Origin: a virus
Taxonomy: Duplodnaviria; Caudoviricetes
Length of the DNA stretch: 64,000 nt
IMG/VR virus record: IMGVR_UViG_3300009194_000005
Location: 52,525-116,524 of that record
Reading direction: 5' to 3' (one strand)
The notes beneath the pieces are model-generated. The model was not told the DNA's origin. It ran no database searches and was given only the letters and a program-made list of their open reading frames with translations. Position numbers and translations under genes: made by a program. Positions 19,101-30,303 of the stretch are shown here, one piece after another. Positions within the stretch are counted from its first letter, which is position 1, and the number at the start of each line of letters is the position of its first letter.

Positions 19101-20630
19101 TTACAGTTTCATCATTTTGTGGGTTTTCACCCGGTTATCAAAATACTTCTGCTTATTCTGGTGGTAAGAAATGTGCTTCTTTATATCCGTACACACCATG
19201 TAGGTGAAGCGTGGAGATACGTCAGGGAAGTCTTTCATCTTCCTCAAACGACCCAGTACCTGAATGTTATCTTTCTTGGAGTCCGTGGCCTGAAGCATCA
19301 ACACTTCCCTCAGGTTGGGAATATCCACCCCGGTTCCCGACGACTTGATCGTGGATACGGTAATGTCGTTGGTGAGGAGCTTCTTGTAATCGCTTCCCGC
19401 GACGTGCATGCCGATGGTCAAGTCAGGGAACTGTACCTTAAGGTATTTGGTAAGGTGTTGGATGAACTCCACTGTCGCACAGAGAATCAGGAGCTTTTGT
19501 CCTTCCACCCGATCATGTACGTAAATCCCATTGACCGTCCGACGCACTAAGCCGAAGTACCGCTCCAACCGACGCTTTTGTTTTAGCATGCGGGTTTCAT
19601 AACGGGCGTGGTTATACGTTCCTTTAAAGGGGGCCAGGTAGTCCGTCTTCTGGATTTTGGGATCATTGTACAACAGCGCGATCACGTTAATGTACACACT
19701 TAGATCAGGTAAGGGAACGCCCATCGAATGCGGGACCATCTGATCGATCATGCGGGTGACAAAGTCGCTGCCTGTGTAGGGGGTGGCTGACAAGTAGATC
19801 TGTTTGCGCACATTGGTGTATATATCAATACGAAACACCAGACCGGGATCTTCTTGGTATTCGTCATTGATTTGCACGCCAATTTGTAAGAACTCATGGA
19901 AACGAGGCGGGGGGACCAAATACCCCATCTCGCCAATCTTATCGCCCCACTTTTCAAAGTTCTCGATATACGCGCGGTAGGTGGTGGACGATATCAACAC
20001 AACATCATAAGGAAAATCCCCATCGGCGACTTTCTGCATGATGGCTTTGAGTTCGTCTGACCCTGACACTGTAACGTGGCGATTTTCAATGTCTTCGTAT
20101 GTTTCACGAAGTGCCTTGACCCAGATCCCGAAATACTTCGGGGGAATCATGATCAAGATGCGCTCGCCCATGTCGGCACAGGCCCAGAGTGCTGACAGCG
20201 TCTTACCAAGTCCGGTTTGAAGATCAACTCGTTTCGAGTATTGCTCGTCTTTTAGGGAACGAATTATAGGACCTTGGTAGTCCCTCATCACAAAATGAGG
20301 ATACAACGTAAGTTCAGCTGGGGCTGCATCAGGATAAGGAATCTCCACCAGTTCGATTTTATCACGATCCACCCCACGGTCCACGATGAACCCAATAAAC
20401 TCGTCTACGTGATGACGATGGATATACACTTCAGTTTGGTCTTCAAAACACCCAAAGTAGCGTTTCTTGATGACCGTACGAAACCCACCGCCCATATGGG
20501 GCGGGACTTTCTCTAGCTCCTTTAATTTCAGACTTTCCAAAAAATGAGCAATCTTAGGAAACAGCTCACGGCGGTATCCGCTAATGCGGGCGCCGTGAGA
20601 ATAGCGTTCGATGCGGATAGCCGGGGTCAT
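19101..20630 (-). CDS. SF2 helicase (phiKZ gp75-like)
   Basis: LQTGLGKT, INDEYQ, LSATP, GTGVDIP and QVLGRLR helicase motifs. Confidence 0.9.
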   Translation of the reverse strand: MTPAIRIERYSHGARISGYRRELFPKIAHFLESLKLKELEKVPPHMGGGFRTVIKKRYFGCFEDQTEVYIHRHHVDEFIGFIVDRGVDRDKIELVEIPYPDAAPAELTLYPHFVMRDYQGPIIRSLKDEQYSKRVDLQTGLGKTLSALWACADMGERILIMIPPKYFGIWVKALRETYEDIENRHVTVSGSDELKAIMQKVADGDFPYDVVLISSTTYRAYIENFEKWGDKIGEMGYLVPPPRFHEFLQIGVQINDEYQEDPGLVFRIDIYTNVRKQIYLSATPYTGSDFVTRMIDQMVPHSMGVPLPDLSVYINVIALLYNDPKIQKTDYLAPFKGTYNHARYETRMLKQKRRLERYFGLVRRTVNGIYVHDRVEGQKLLILCATVEFIQHLTKYLKVQFPDLTIGMHVAGSDYKKLLTNDITVSTIKSSGTGVDIPNLREVLMLQATDSKKDNIQVLGRLRKMKDFPDVSPRFTYMVCTDIKKHISYHQNKQKYFDNRVKTHKMMKL

Positions 20631-20675
20631 TAGTTAACTGGGGTGGGGGTTAGCCCACCCCATGCCTCCTTTTCT

Positions 20676-22676
20676 TTATGCTTCCGTGGTGCGACCTCCT
20701 AGCAGCAGTGTGTCGTAGGGGTGGTCACAACGATGGGGATAGATGAACGTGGCAGGATTGAGCAACGGTTGATCCTGTTTCTCAAAGGCCATTGCAGCTG
20801 CCATGGAACGGTTAAACATCAGGACATTGTACTTCTCGAACACGCCGTCTATCCCAGGTATCGGCAGACGATAGTCGCGATGGATCGCGGAACGTACCAT
20901 CATAGTGTATACCAGGATTTCCGAATGAACGAGATTAATGGAGAGCTTTTCGTTGATCATGTTAAAGAACACCACCAGCGCTTCCGCGGGATCACGGTAG
21001 CTCTTCAAGTACCTCTTCGTGGCCTGCTGCTTGTTGCGTTCCTTTTTACCCAACTTCTTGCGACTTTCGGATTCTGCACCCGAATGCAAGAACGTCTGAA
21101 TACGTTTCATCACCTCATTCATGTTGACGTGTTTAAACGGTAGGGTCAGGAAGGGTTTCTCGACATCGAATCCACTGATGTCAATCACCACATTGCCCAG
21201 TGCGTCATGTGACCACCGCACGTTACGGATGTGTTCCAACAGGTCCCGAGAGAAACTCGATTTACGGTTATACAACGACACATCGAGCACTTCAGACTCG
21301 ACGCCCTGTTTACCGCGATCCACCTCGATCTTGAGGTGGGTAAGCTCACTGGCATTCGCGGGTGGGTATTCGTCGAGACTCGGTAGCATCAAGACGTCGG
21401 CCAGGGATTTCACCTCTTCACGCATTACGGTGATCCACTTCTTGACGTTATGATACTCCTTGTTCAAGTACAGCGTTTCGGGTTCCTTACCGTAACGGAT
21501 GTACTTCTTCTCTTTGGCCTGGAGGACAAACTTCTCCACACTGGAGGTCGTCTCGGAGTGTTTGGTGGACAAGACACTCGACGTGATCTTGTCGCCCATG
21601 CTGACCGCACTGATCTGTCCAATGTTAGATCCTTTTGGGACACTGAACGACAGCCGTCCGTAACACACCGAGCATATTCCCGATGGATCGGGATGCATGC
21701 AGCTTAGCACGCTGCGAATCTGAATCGTCTTACCGATCAGATGCTTCTCATCTCCACGGATATAATCGAGTGATCCATCTTCTTTCCGATAATACTTCCC
21801 CCTGAGTTCTTTCAAGTGATCGGACATCACCGGGAAGGGAATGAGATGTGGTGTTCCACAATCCCCCTGATGCAGGTTCTGAACGAACTGCGCCACCAGC
21901 TGCGTTTTCCGATTGAAATACTCGGTACTGCGCAGCAGCTCCTTATTGTAGAGCAGTGACTTGGAGCCTGACCGGGATTCGATCATTGCCCCATACAGGT
22001 CGTTGATCCCTTCGATATAGCCCTTGGTGATGGGGTACGGGAAGATATCCGAGTTGATGTCGGTCAGATACCCCCGCGGCCCTACGCACTGAAGCACCTG
22101 CCCCATCTTGAGCGTGCCCGACCTAACGGCTTCGACCAGGGGATTTCCCTTGAGCTCATTTACGTCTTTTAGCGTCGCTTCGATCTCGGGATAGCACTCC
22201 TTCTCAATGGAATGTTGAGTCGGTTTGACGTTATCGTTTGCGGCTTTAATCCGTGGGTGCTCCATCACCTCCATCAAATCAAACATGGACAGCGTGGCGA
22301 CATACGGAGAAAGGCGTACCGTGAAATCGTTATAGAACCGATTGACGGTCTCAAACGCCACATGCGCCAGCCACTCCGGGTCGGTCGTCTCATTTTCTGC
22401 CTGGTGGATCGCCCAGATCAGCTTGTTGATCTGTTTGATCATCGACTTACTGGTGAACCGACTGTCCTGCAGATGGTAGTCTTTCAGCAGCGGGACATCA
22501 CGGCGTCCTTTGATAGGATACCAAAGGTAGACCGACGTGATAGTCGCCCGGGTGTGGGTGGTGATCTCTCCATCATCGAAGACCACGATATGGCGCTCCT
22601 CCGGGAGCGCCCACAGATCGTCGATAGGGAGATCGAGCAAGTCATGCGCGTTATACCGATTCATGCGTGTCCTCAC
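20676..22676 (-). CDS. non-virion RNA polymerase beta' C-terminal subunit (phiKZ gp74-like)
   Basis: GDCGT, IRSVLSC...ICSVCYG, NIG and LSTKH beta' motifs. Confidence 0.88.
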   Translation of the reverse strand: MRTRMNRYNAHDLLDLPIDDLWALPEERHIVVFDDGEITTHTRATITSVYLWYPIKGRRDVPLLKDYHLQDSRFTSKSMIKQINKLIWAIHQAENETTDPEWLAHVAFETVNRFYNDFTVRLSPYVATLSMFDLMEVMEHPRIKAANDNVKPTQHSIEKECYPEIEATLKDVNELKGNPLVEAVRSGTLKMGQVLQCVGPRGYLTDINSDIFPYPITKGYIEGINDLYGAMIESRSGSKSLLYNKELLRSTEYFNRKTQLVAQFVQNLHQGDCGTPHLIPFPVMSDHLKELRGKYYRKEDGSLDYIRGDEKHLIGKTIQIRSVLSCMHPDPSGICSVCYGRLSFSVPKGSNIGQISAVSMGDKITSSVLSTKHSETTSSVEKFVLQAKEKKYIRYGKEPETLYLNKEYHNVKKWITVMREEVKSLADVLMLPSLDEYPPANASELTHLKIEVDRGKQGVESEVLDVSLYNRKSSFSRDLLEHIRNVRWSHDALGNVVIDISGFDVEKPFLTLPFKHVNMNEVMKRIQTFLHSGAESESRKKLGKKERNKQQATKRYLKSYRDPAEALVVFFNMINEKLSINLVHSEILVYTMMVRSAIHRDYRLPIPGIDGVFEKYNVLMFNRSMAAAMAFEKQDQPLLNPATFIYPHRCDHPYDTLLLGGRTTEA

Positions 22677-23605
22677 TCCTTATGGTCGTCGACATGGACG
22701 AATTTAATACCGCGGCAGGCCATCAGGTGGTTGACGAAGCTCACCGGACGAGAATGTCCCAACGGTACCTTCTGTCGATCCACTGCCCGATCGATATTGG
22801 TCGGGAATGTGGACTTGAGAATGGTCTCCGTCGCCATCCGGTGGGAATCGGGGTTATTCGACTGATCCAACAGCTCCATGGTAGCTTGTGGCCCCACGGT
22901 GGTGGTGAACAGCCGGGTTTCCGATTCCCCCAGTCCCCTGACCGGCGCTTGACGACCGGGGGATGTTTGCTTGTCGTAGTTGCTCAGCTTCGCTGGTACC
23001 CCAAAGTGTTGGGTCTTCACTGAAGCCGCCCCGCTCCAATCCTCCCCGGTTTTCTCCAGCATGATCATGTAGAGACTCCCGATCAGTACCGGACCACTGG
23101 TGGTAACCATCCGGCCGGCATTGTCCCGGTAAGTCACCGGACCATAGTGAGGGCAGTATTCACTGTCCCTTACAGTCATGACCATCTCGAGATTGTTAAC
23201 CGGATTATCCGGTGGGAAGTACAGGTAGATGCCGTCTTTCAGGACTGAGCTGACATGACGGAAACGGGCATTAGGGTCTTCGTTGTCCACCATTAGCATG
23301 TCATACTGCAGTGGTGTCACGATGTGATAATACCCAAGGAGCTTCTCCCAACACCAGTCGATAATCGGCTGGCCATTGAGCTGGGCGATCTGATACTGCG
23401 TTGGTTTCAATTTGACATCAAGTCCGCACTCACGCCGTAGTCGATGAGTTAAATCGCGACTTGCCGCATTGAGGAACTGCTCATACATCCTCCCAATGTT
23501 CATGCGTTTAACGGTCGAACCGCCATAGATGACCACATCGGCCCGATTGCCGTTTTCGTCCACAGGCATATCTTCCGTTCGTCGGGTAACACAGTCAACT
23601 CCTTT
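22673..23605 (-). CDS. non-virion RNAP beta C-terminal subunit (phiKZ gp71/73-like), exon 2
   Basis: Starts KGV; contains DMPVDENG..ADV, KRMNIG and GESETR beta motifs. Confidence 0.88.
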   Translation of the reverse strand, partial: KGVDCVTRRTEDMPVDENGNRADVVIYGGSTVKRMNIGRMYEQFLNAASRDLTHRLRRECGLDVKLKPTQYQIAQLNGQPIIDWCWEKLLGYYHIVTPLQYDMLMVDNEDPNARFRHVSSVLKDGIYLYFPPDNPVNNLEMVMTVRDSEYCPHYGPVTYRDNAGRMVTTSGPVLIGSLYMIMLEKTGEDWSGAASVKTQHFGVPAKLSNYDKQTSPGRQAPVRGLGESETRLFTTTVGPQATMELLDQSNNPDSHRMATETILKSTFPTNIDRAVDRQKVPLGHSRPVSFVNHLMACRGIKFVHVDDHKE

Positions 23606-24015
23606 CGATTTCTTCAGTCGGGTTCGCAACACCCAACTCGTCCCTAACTACCTCACGGTAGGGTAGACTGCTGCATGTCTCCATGCAGACGAGACTATAT
23701 CTTCGTCCCTGAGGGACGCTCCCCATTTCCCCGCTACTTAGCAGGTACAGGCTGGTAAAACCTTAGTCGTTGAACCTTGACCCTAGCCCACCTCACGGTG
23801 GTCCGTAGGCCCTTGGCTGCTGATTGTCTCTATTCACCTATTTATCAAACCGTCGATACGTGGTTTCCCCGTACCTGTGGTAAGGTGACCTGGCGAGATA
23901 TCCCAGCAATTAGAGGAGATTCACCTTAAGATTTCTCTTAAAGCGGGCATTTAAACTAGAGGGAAGACAGTCCATTATGGGTGGTGAGCGAATGGACTTT
24001 TCTCTAGTTTCAAAT
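23606..24015 (-). ncRNA. group I intron (410 nt) in the nvRNAP beta gene
   Basis: AATTGCTGGGA, CAGCAGCCAAG, GTTCAACGACTA and AAGATATAGTCT elements. U|...G| junctions join DLFGG to KGV, the equivalent of bacterial RHGNKG. Confidence 0.9.
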
Positions 24016-25194
24016 ACCACCAAAAAGATCGCTTATCTTGTAACCTTCACCTGCAGGCATCTTGTACTCGTAGGTGAGCTCTACCCGCCATTCGTCCAGG
24101 GTCTCCAGACGGTACATGCGGGTCAGTTTGCGACGGTCCATTGGCGTGGGCAGAAAGACCTGAGCATCTACCAGAAGTCGATTAAACTCCGGTGTGATCT
24201 TCAGGTTACCTTTCCGGCGCCGTTTGAGGCGGTGGTACTCATCCATCAACGTCTGGTAGAACGACGCCTGAGCCTCGTAATACTTACGGGCCTGGATATC
24301 CATACCGACAGGCGTGTGGGAGGGATTGAGACGATCGTCATGATAGACCGTTACATCAACCACCTTTGCACCGGGCTTACCATAAAGACGACGATCAAAC
24401 CCATGATCGATCTCACGCAACGCTCGCGGTGTCATCTCCGCGATACCCAGGTTGTCGTCAATGTCCCGTAAGGCGAACACCACTCCATCGTCCCGAATCC
24501 GATCGCCAATATCCGGAAACGGCTTGTAATGGTTTTCGTCTCCGTACAGGTTCAGTGGGAAAGTCTTACGACCCCAGTTCCCTACCACAGTGTTATACGT
24601 AGTGGGTGTGGCCCGCTTGAGGAAGGACTCCGATACCACAAAGCCGTCCTCGATGGTACCCGGCATGGACAGGAACGTCGCCTCCGCCTCAAGACCATAG
24701 CCGTACTGACCATTCTCCTTTACTGCAGGGGAAGCTGCCAATACTTCTCCTTCCGCAAACTGGGTTCCAGGTGCGAGGCGCTCCCACACCTCACTGCGGC
24801 GCTTGTAGGAAAATCCGAAGTCTTGGTGAAGTGACATGTACTCAGGTACGACGATCACCCCCACGGTTTTGAACGGATCGTAATAATCCTCGTAAAGAAT
24901 GGCGGTGACAGGATTGTGGCGAATCCCCTCAAGACCTGCACTGGGAGGATACTTCCGAATGACTTTCAATACCGTCGCATCACAGGGAAACTTGATGTCG
25001 AAGGTATACTTGGAGTATTCCAAGTCCATTCCAGTGAAAATACGGCGAGGTTCATTACCATCCAAGATGGGCGCTTGGCCAATCTGAGTTGACATCATCG
25101 CCTTACGAGGCGATGAGTTATTTCCGAAAAAGGGATCAAGGCCATTAACCCCTAAGAGATCAACACCCAGTTCACCCCGTTGACGTTCGCTCAT
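24016..25194 (-). CDS. non-virion RNAP beta C-terminal subunit, exon 1 (spliced product 703 aa)
   Basis: PFFGNNSSPR..M, IEDGFVVSES and PDIGD..GYKISD beta motifs. Confidence 0.88.
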
Positions 25195-25278
25195 GTTACG
25201 GTCCTCTCTCTCTATCTCGTTGGTCGTACAAGGGAATGATATAGATGTCTATGACTTTTTCTTCTCAGGAGTGACGCT

Positions 25279-25644
25279 ATGGCCTTCTCGGTAACGGATC
25301 AGGGGGTTAACCCGGGGGATGTCGTTTATTACGACCCCAAGTTCCGTACGATCATTGAAACGCATTTATCCATCCTTAGGCGTCCAGGCATGTCGGGAGA
25401 GCAGATCATCGAGCCCTCCCTCATCCATCAGTTTGAGGGGGACTTCTATGGACTCCTGGCCCATTTAGGTGTTCGTCCCTCACTGTGGTGGATTTACTTG
25501 AGAGTCAATGGCATGGAGAGTCCTAACCAGTTTGGTGGGCAGCTCCATGACCCGTATCGTGAACACTACCGGTTCACACTGAAGTTACCACCTGATGAGT
25601 TTATCACAAACCTCCGTACGTTGTTCCTTACCACACAGACCTAA
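25279..25644 (+). CDS. hypothetical phage protein
   Basis: 121 aa with AGGAG RBS; FEGDFYGLL..WIYLRVNG. Confidence 0.7.
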   Translation: MAFSVTDQGVNPGDVVYYDPKFRTIIETHLSILRRPGMSGEQIIEPSLIHQFEGDFYGLLAHLGVRPSLWWIYLRVNGMESPNQFGGQLHDPYREHYRFTLKLPPDEFITNLRTLFLTTQT

Positions 25645-25657
25645 CACCATAAAAAAA

Positions 25658-25680
25658 GAGTCCCCCATATTGGGGGACTC
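25658..25680 (-). terminator. intrinsic terminator
   Basis: GAGTCCCCCA/TGGGGGACTC stem flanked by an A run on the plus strand. Confidence 0.7.
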
Positions 25681-25692
25681 ATATGCCACAGG

Positions 25693-27039
25693 TCAGAGGA
25701 CACCGCCCCCTTGACTACTCCAGGGAGGGAGTGACTGACCGGCTGGCGCTGGCTGCTGTGGATATTGTCCTTGCGGCACTGCCCCGCCCCGGTTCCCAAA
25801 CATGGCATTGGATTGCATGTATGGGTTAACGGGTTGCTGCGGTTGTGGTTGAGCCATGCCGAAGGTCGGTGTGGGTTGAGGTTGCCCGTACCCATAACCC
25901 ATCTGTTGAGGCTGTCCATAACCCGCTTGGGGGGTATGGCCATACCCTTGCTGGGGTTGCCCACCGTAGAGTTGACTCTTGAAGTCACTGAACGACACGG
26001 TATCCTTACCAACCGGACCCGACGCAGATTGCGACATCTGCGGCTGACCATAACCACCAGTCTGCGGTGGGAGGTTGGTGGGCTGAGATGGCTGAGGGGT
26101 GGCTTGGGCCTGCTGTGACTGAGTCATCTGAGGGTTCGGCGGCGGCTCAGGCGCCTCGTCTTCCCCTTTGGCCAGCTTACCCTCATTACCCGGCAGGGAC
26201 GGGATCTTGTTGTAGAACTCGCCCAGCTTCGGCAGGGTTTTCTCGTAGGTCAGATCGATCGGCTGAAGATCCAGGGTCAGCGGCTTAGCAAACCGGTGGA
26301 TCTGCTTGTTGATCTGCTTACCGATCTTCGCGTACGCTTTGAGGAACGCATCGAAGAACGGCGAGACCCGCGAGTTCGACCCGGCGGAGTAGGTCTCCGG
26401 GCTATCCCCCATGGGCACCACGTAGTGCATCAGTGCATTGAACGTCTTGATGTCCTTCTTACGTACCGATACGCCGAGGATATCGTCCTCATCCGTCTCC
26501 AGGTGGTCCATGATGGGGAAGCGCACCACACACACACGGTTGAACTTCTCGCCCTCGATCTTGCCGCCGTTCTTCAGGTAGATCGAGATGAGCTGATTCT
26601 TGCGAATGGCCCGTTTCACGATTTCCTGAAACTTGGTCACGGCCTTCTTATCGGCCTGCGGTACCTTCTTGAGGTATTCGCTACACTCCGGGGGAAGGTC
26701 TTTGTGGAGGGAGGGTTCCGCCGCCACGATCAACAGCTGTTCACACAGCTCCATCACATGGTGTGCCACCATGGCCTTGGCGGTCTGTTGCAGCTTACCC
26801 AGTACCGGGGACACACCCTTACGGGCAATGTTCTCAGCAATCGGGTGGAACGGCTGCAATTCACTACCAAAGCCCCGCTTGAGCAGGGCATCGGTAGGTA
26901 GGACCAGACGCTTGTTATCGATGGCAACCGGCCGTGGGGTGGCGTCAGGATCGGGAGCCACAAAACTCACCAGACCCTCATCGTCTACCGTGAAATTGAG
27001 GGAGGTAAGAACCTGCTTATAAAAGTCCTGAATCTTCAT
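25693..27039 (-). CDS. conserved protein (phiKZ gp70-like) with Q/G/P-rich disordered C-terminus
   Basis: 448 aa; syntenic position between the gp69-like and gp71-like genes. Confidence 0.7.
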   Translation of the reverse strand: MKIQDFYKQVLTSLNFTVDDEGLVSFVAPDPDATPRPVAIDNKRLVLPTDALLKRGFGSELQPFHPIAENIARKGVSPVLGKLQQTAKAMVAHHVMELCEQLLIVAAEPSLHKDLPPECSEYLKKVPQADKKAVTKFQEIVKRAIRKNQLISIYLKNGGKIEGEKFNRVCVVRFPIMDHLETDEDDILGVSVRKKDIKTFNALMHYVVPMGDSPETYSAGSNSRVSPFFDAFLKAYAKIGKQINKQIHRFAKPLTLDLQPIDLTYEKTLPKLGEFYNKIPSLPGNEGKLAKGEDEAPEPPPNPQMTQSQQAQATPQPSQPTNLPPQTGGYGQPQMSQSASGPVGKDTVSFSDFKSQLYGGQPQQGYGHTPQAGYGQPQQMGYGYGQPQPTPTFGMAQPQPQQPVNPYMQSNAMFGNRGGAVPQGQYPQQPAPAGQSLPPWSSQGGGVL

Positions 27040-28597
27040 AAGTCACTCCTTGGTTGGGGGTTACTTCCGGCATTGGATTGGGTTGTTGAGGATTGTATCC
27101 CCCCATCATGTCATGGGCCATGTTGACCGACGGGCTATCGACGGTCTGCTGAGCCAGATAGATGAGGTCGTTGGAGATGGCCTGAGGACGTTGTTGGTCC
27201 TGAGTGATCACCGGCGCGAACAGGCTGTCGCTGAAGGTGGGGGCCACATAACGCACTGGCGACTCCCCTTCCAGAGAGATGTCGATAATGCTATCGCCTG
27301 CCAGGTCGGATGACATGGAAATCTGGAAGCTGATCTGATTGTTGTAGGTGAGTGTGTTCAACGCATCCACAATCAGTCGGCGTTGGAACTCTTCCAGATA
27401 AGGTATCATTGGAAGGTTATCCACGACACTACGGGTACCATGGTCATGAATCTCAATCGCATAATCCCGAAGACCCACGCCGTTTGTACAGGCGAATGAG
27501 ATGGAACGGATGTAGTTATCCATCATGATCGCCGGCACGATCTGAGCCAGGGTGCTGGCGGCGACGTCGGTGCGACCTGCCCCTTGCCAGTGGTTGGAGT
27601 CCTCCGCCATGCTGATCTTACGGATGGAACGCCCATCGTCGAGAGAATACTGTGTGGTTTGCTGAGCTTCTGGGAACAGGGTTTCCAGCTCCCGCAATGT
27701 CACAAACCCTTTCTCCATGAACCCGGCGTGTTCCTTCAGCAGGGAGAAGAAACCGTTGGTGTGGATGTCGTCGTTACCGGCAACGCTGTTGGCTTCACTG
27801 AACACGTACTCTAGATCACCTTCATTACCAGTCGAATGAGCCTCCTTGACTGCATGTGAATACGCCCCCAGCGTACGGCTAAGGTAGCGGGCCGGACTCA
27901 CGTCATGGCGGCGCGAATACTTATAAGCCCCAGCTCCCGCCATAGCCCGGGTATCGAACGCCATGTTCAGATCGCTGTACATGCCCGATGCGTTGAGATT
28001 ATTCACCACGTGGTTGGTTTCTCCCCAGTGGTAGATATCATCAGGACGGATCAGGTAGGAGGTGGGCTGATGGAACAGGCCATTGGACTGCCCCACGGGA
28101 CCCGACATGTCCATGGGAGAGACGATCTGGTTAGAGGCCACCACTCGGGCTACCGGGACAGGGCCGTTTGGAGTCTGGCGGATGTCGGTGACCACGATCG
28201 TCTCGGAGTTGAAGTAGATCCGCATCTCAGGATCGAGATGGTTGAAACTCGCGTCACTGTGGTCGGTATACCCGAAGAAGATACGTTGTGTCTCCCCCTG
28301 GACCTGGAAAGGCTGCTTCTCGATCACTTTCATCATGAAACGAAAGCGACGAGACGTCCAACCGTGAGCGATGTTGACTCGCCCCTCAGTGGCGGCTTGA
28401 GGGTGAAGGATCTCACCTGCCACATCCCCCAGGGTGTTGACGCCCAGGTTCTTACCTTCTTGGGTCGCTCTTGCCAAATAGTTGATGTGGTCCTGTTGAA
28501 TCGTGGTTTCAAATGGACGAAGGTGTTGCTCCTGATACGTTCCAGTCTGTGTCAGAATGAAATTCGCCACATGGACCTGCTTGTTGTGTCCGAACAT
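27017..28597 (-). CDS. picA: PicA/Imp1-like phage-nucleus import protein (phiKZ gp69-like)
   Basis: 526 aa with TGTYQEQHLRPF and GW...RFRF motifs. Position between gp68-like and gp70-like genes; call is synteny-based. Confidence 0.6.
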   Translation of the reverse strand: MFGHNKQVHVANFILTQTGTYQEQHLRPFETTIQQDHINYLARATQEGKNLGVNTLGDVAGEILHPQAATEGRVNIAHGWTSRRFRFMMKVIEKQPFQVQGETQRIFFGYTDHSDASFNHLDPEMRIYFNSETIVVTDIRQTPNGPVPVARVVASNQIVSPMDMSGPVGQSNGLFHQPTSYLIRPDDIYHWGETNHVVNNLNASGMYSDLNMAFDTRAMAGAGAYKYSRRHDVSPARYLSRTLGAYSHAVKEAHSTGNEGDLEYVFSEANSVAGNDDIHTNGFFSLLKEHAGFMEKGFVTLRELETLFPEAQQTTQYSLDDGRSIRKISMAEDSNHWQGAGRTDVAASTLAQIVPAIMMDNYIRSISFACTNGVGLRDYAIEIHDHGTRSVVDNLPMIPYLEEFQRRLIVDALNTLTYNNQISFQISMSSDLAGDSIIDISLEGESPVRYVAPTFSDSLFAPVITQDQQRPQAISNDLIYLAQQTVDSPSVNMAHDMMGGYNPQQPNPMPEVTPNQGVTYEDSGLL

Positions 28598-28624
28598 GCG
28601 TTCGTCCTCCTACTCTCGTCGATG

Positions 28625-30178
28625 TTACTGGTTGAGTTCGGCGATCTTGATGACCGCTTCAGTAATGTTATTTTTGATCGTGGGGGGAATCACCAGAAGA
28701 CCTCGTCCTTCCGGTTGACCCGCCAGACGTTTCAACTCCAGCGGTCCCACGTAATTCCAGTTGCCGGTCATAATCTCGCGGGTGACCGTATTGATCCCAA
28801 GGCTGGCTACATTACCATTACGCATGCTGGTATCTTTCCCCCGCTGAGGCTTCACGTGTGGGTAGAGTTCCATCAGCCGGTCAATGTACTTACGTGAGAT
28901 ACGGGTACTCGGGCGGGGTCGGTAGGAAAGCCCGGGGGCATTCTGGTCCGCCATGGAGATGGGCTCCACCGTCATCAGGCACGCCACTTCCAAACACCCC
29001 CAGTGCCACAGGAGTGCCTGAGCTGTCACCAACAGCCGGTTGACGCTAACCTTCTTCACGTGACTAAAGGCACGCGGTGGGAATCCCTTGGCCATCACCC
29101 ACTGCGCCAGATGGACCTGGTGAGAACTAATCGCCACACGTCCCATCCGGTCAAGAGATCCGACCGTGCGTTCCAGCAACCGCAGGTCGATGGTGGGATC
29201 AACCTTTTGGGCCATCCCCGCCATGTTCTCCGTTTGGATATCATAGAGAACGGCATCTCCATCGGCGATGCGTTGTTTGACTTTATACTCTTCCAGAAGG
29301 CTGGTTTTATCGTCTTCGTCTCTCCCTCCTCCTTCGGGACGTTTCTCATTCACTCGATCGGCAGTTCGTCGCTCGGTAGGCTTGAGCTTCGAACGGATGT
29401 ATTTATAGACGTAAGCAATAACGGACTGTGGATTGGTATGGTCACACAGGGGAACGATAGTCAGGCGTCGTACTAGGACATTGGCCATCAACCATACCGG
29501 ACGCTCCGCTGACCCGAGTCCCAACCAGAGACTTCTGAGTGTGATTGCCTCATTGTTCACTGGGACCTGGATATAACCTTCCAACTTATCGATCGCTGGG
29601 GAATCATGCGGCCAATTCATTATCTCGGTATGGGCGATCAGACCCATTGCATCCATTTCTTTATACAGGTCGTTTCCACTCCCATACCCCCCTTGATCGA
29701 TGAATTCACCCCAGATAGGAATCAACGGACGTAATGCCAATGCTACTACCGCCAAGTTGATGTAGTCTGCCACCAAGTAGGTCTGAGCACTGTTTTTATA
29801 CCGCCCATTGACATCAGGGGTTTCTTGTACATCGGAGGGAATATACAGGTTGCCCCGCAGTAGCCATGCATTAAAACTATCCATCGGCATGTTCCGATAC
29901 AACTCAGTGATCAGCCGACGTACCCCTTTGATCTCCTGCACGAAATCGGTAATACGTTCAAACTCTTCTTTTAACTCCTTATACGCTTCCCAGATAGCGT
30001 CTTGAGCCTGTTCGGGAAGACTGGCCCAATACCCATTAATTTCATCAAAGGCACCATGAGGGTTGTTCAATCGAACTTTCCCATATGTACCTGTCGACCA
30101 CACCAGCGATTCATTTTTGTGGACAGTTCTGACTTCGCTGAATCCATCGCCTTGAAATTGCGCCACTTCAAGATGCAT
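28625..30178 (-). CDS. non-virion RNAP specificity subunit (phiKZ gp68-like)
   Basis: About 517 aa from the ATG at 30178; QTYLVADYINL..LRPLIPIWGEFI; synteny. Confidence 0.7.
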   Translation of the reverse strand: MHLEVAQFQGDGFSEVRTVHKNESLVWSTGTYGKVRLNNPHGAFDEINGYWASLPEQAQDAIWEAYKELKEEFERITDFVQEIKGVRRLITELYRNMPMDSFNAWLLRGNLYIPSDVQETPDVNGRYKNSAQTYLVADYINLAVVALALRPLIPIWGEFIDQGGYGSGNDLYKEMDAMGLIAHTEIMNWPHDSPAIDKLEGYIQVPVNNEAITLRSLWLGLGSAERPVWLMANVLVRRLTIVPLCDHTNPQSVIAYVYKYIRSKLKPTERRTADRVNEKRPEGGGRDEDDKTSLLEEYKVKQRIADGDAVLYDIQTENMAGMAQKVDPTIDLRLLERTVGSLDRMGRVAISSHQVHLAQWVMAKGFPPRAFSHVKKVSVNRLLVTAQALLWHWGCLEVACLMTVEPISMADQNAPGLSYRPRPSTRISRKYIDRLMELYPHVKPQRGKDTSMRNGNVASLGINTVTREIMTGNWNYVGPLELKRLAGQPEGRGLLVIPPTIKNNITEAVIKIAELNQ

Positions 30179-30303
30179 TGGGGTTCTCTCTCCGTTGATT
30201 GCTGATGCATTGGCAAGTGGATAATATAGATGTGGAATCCACTCGACTGTGCAGACCACAACACAAAACCCGGGGCATTTGCCCCGGGTCATATGTCATC
30301 AAC

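Noticed and set aside
27905-28897. 330-aa plus-strand ORF
   Set aside because: It is antisense to two conserved core genes and has no independent support.
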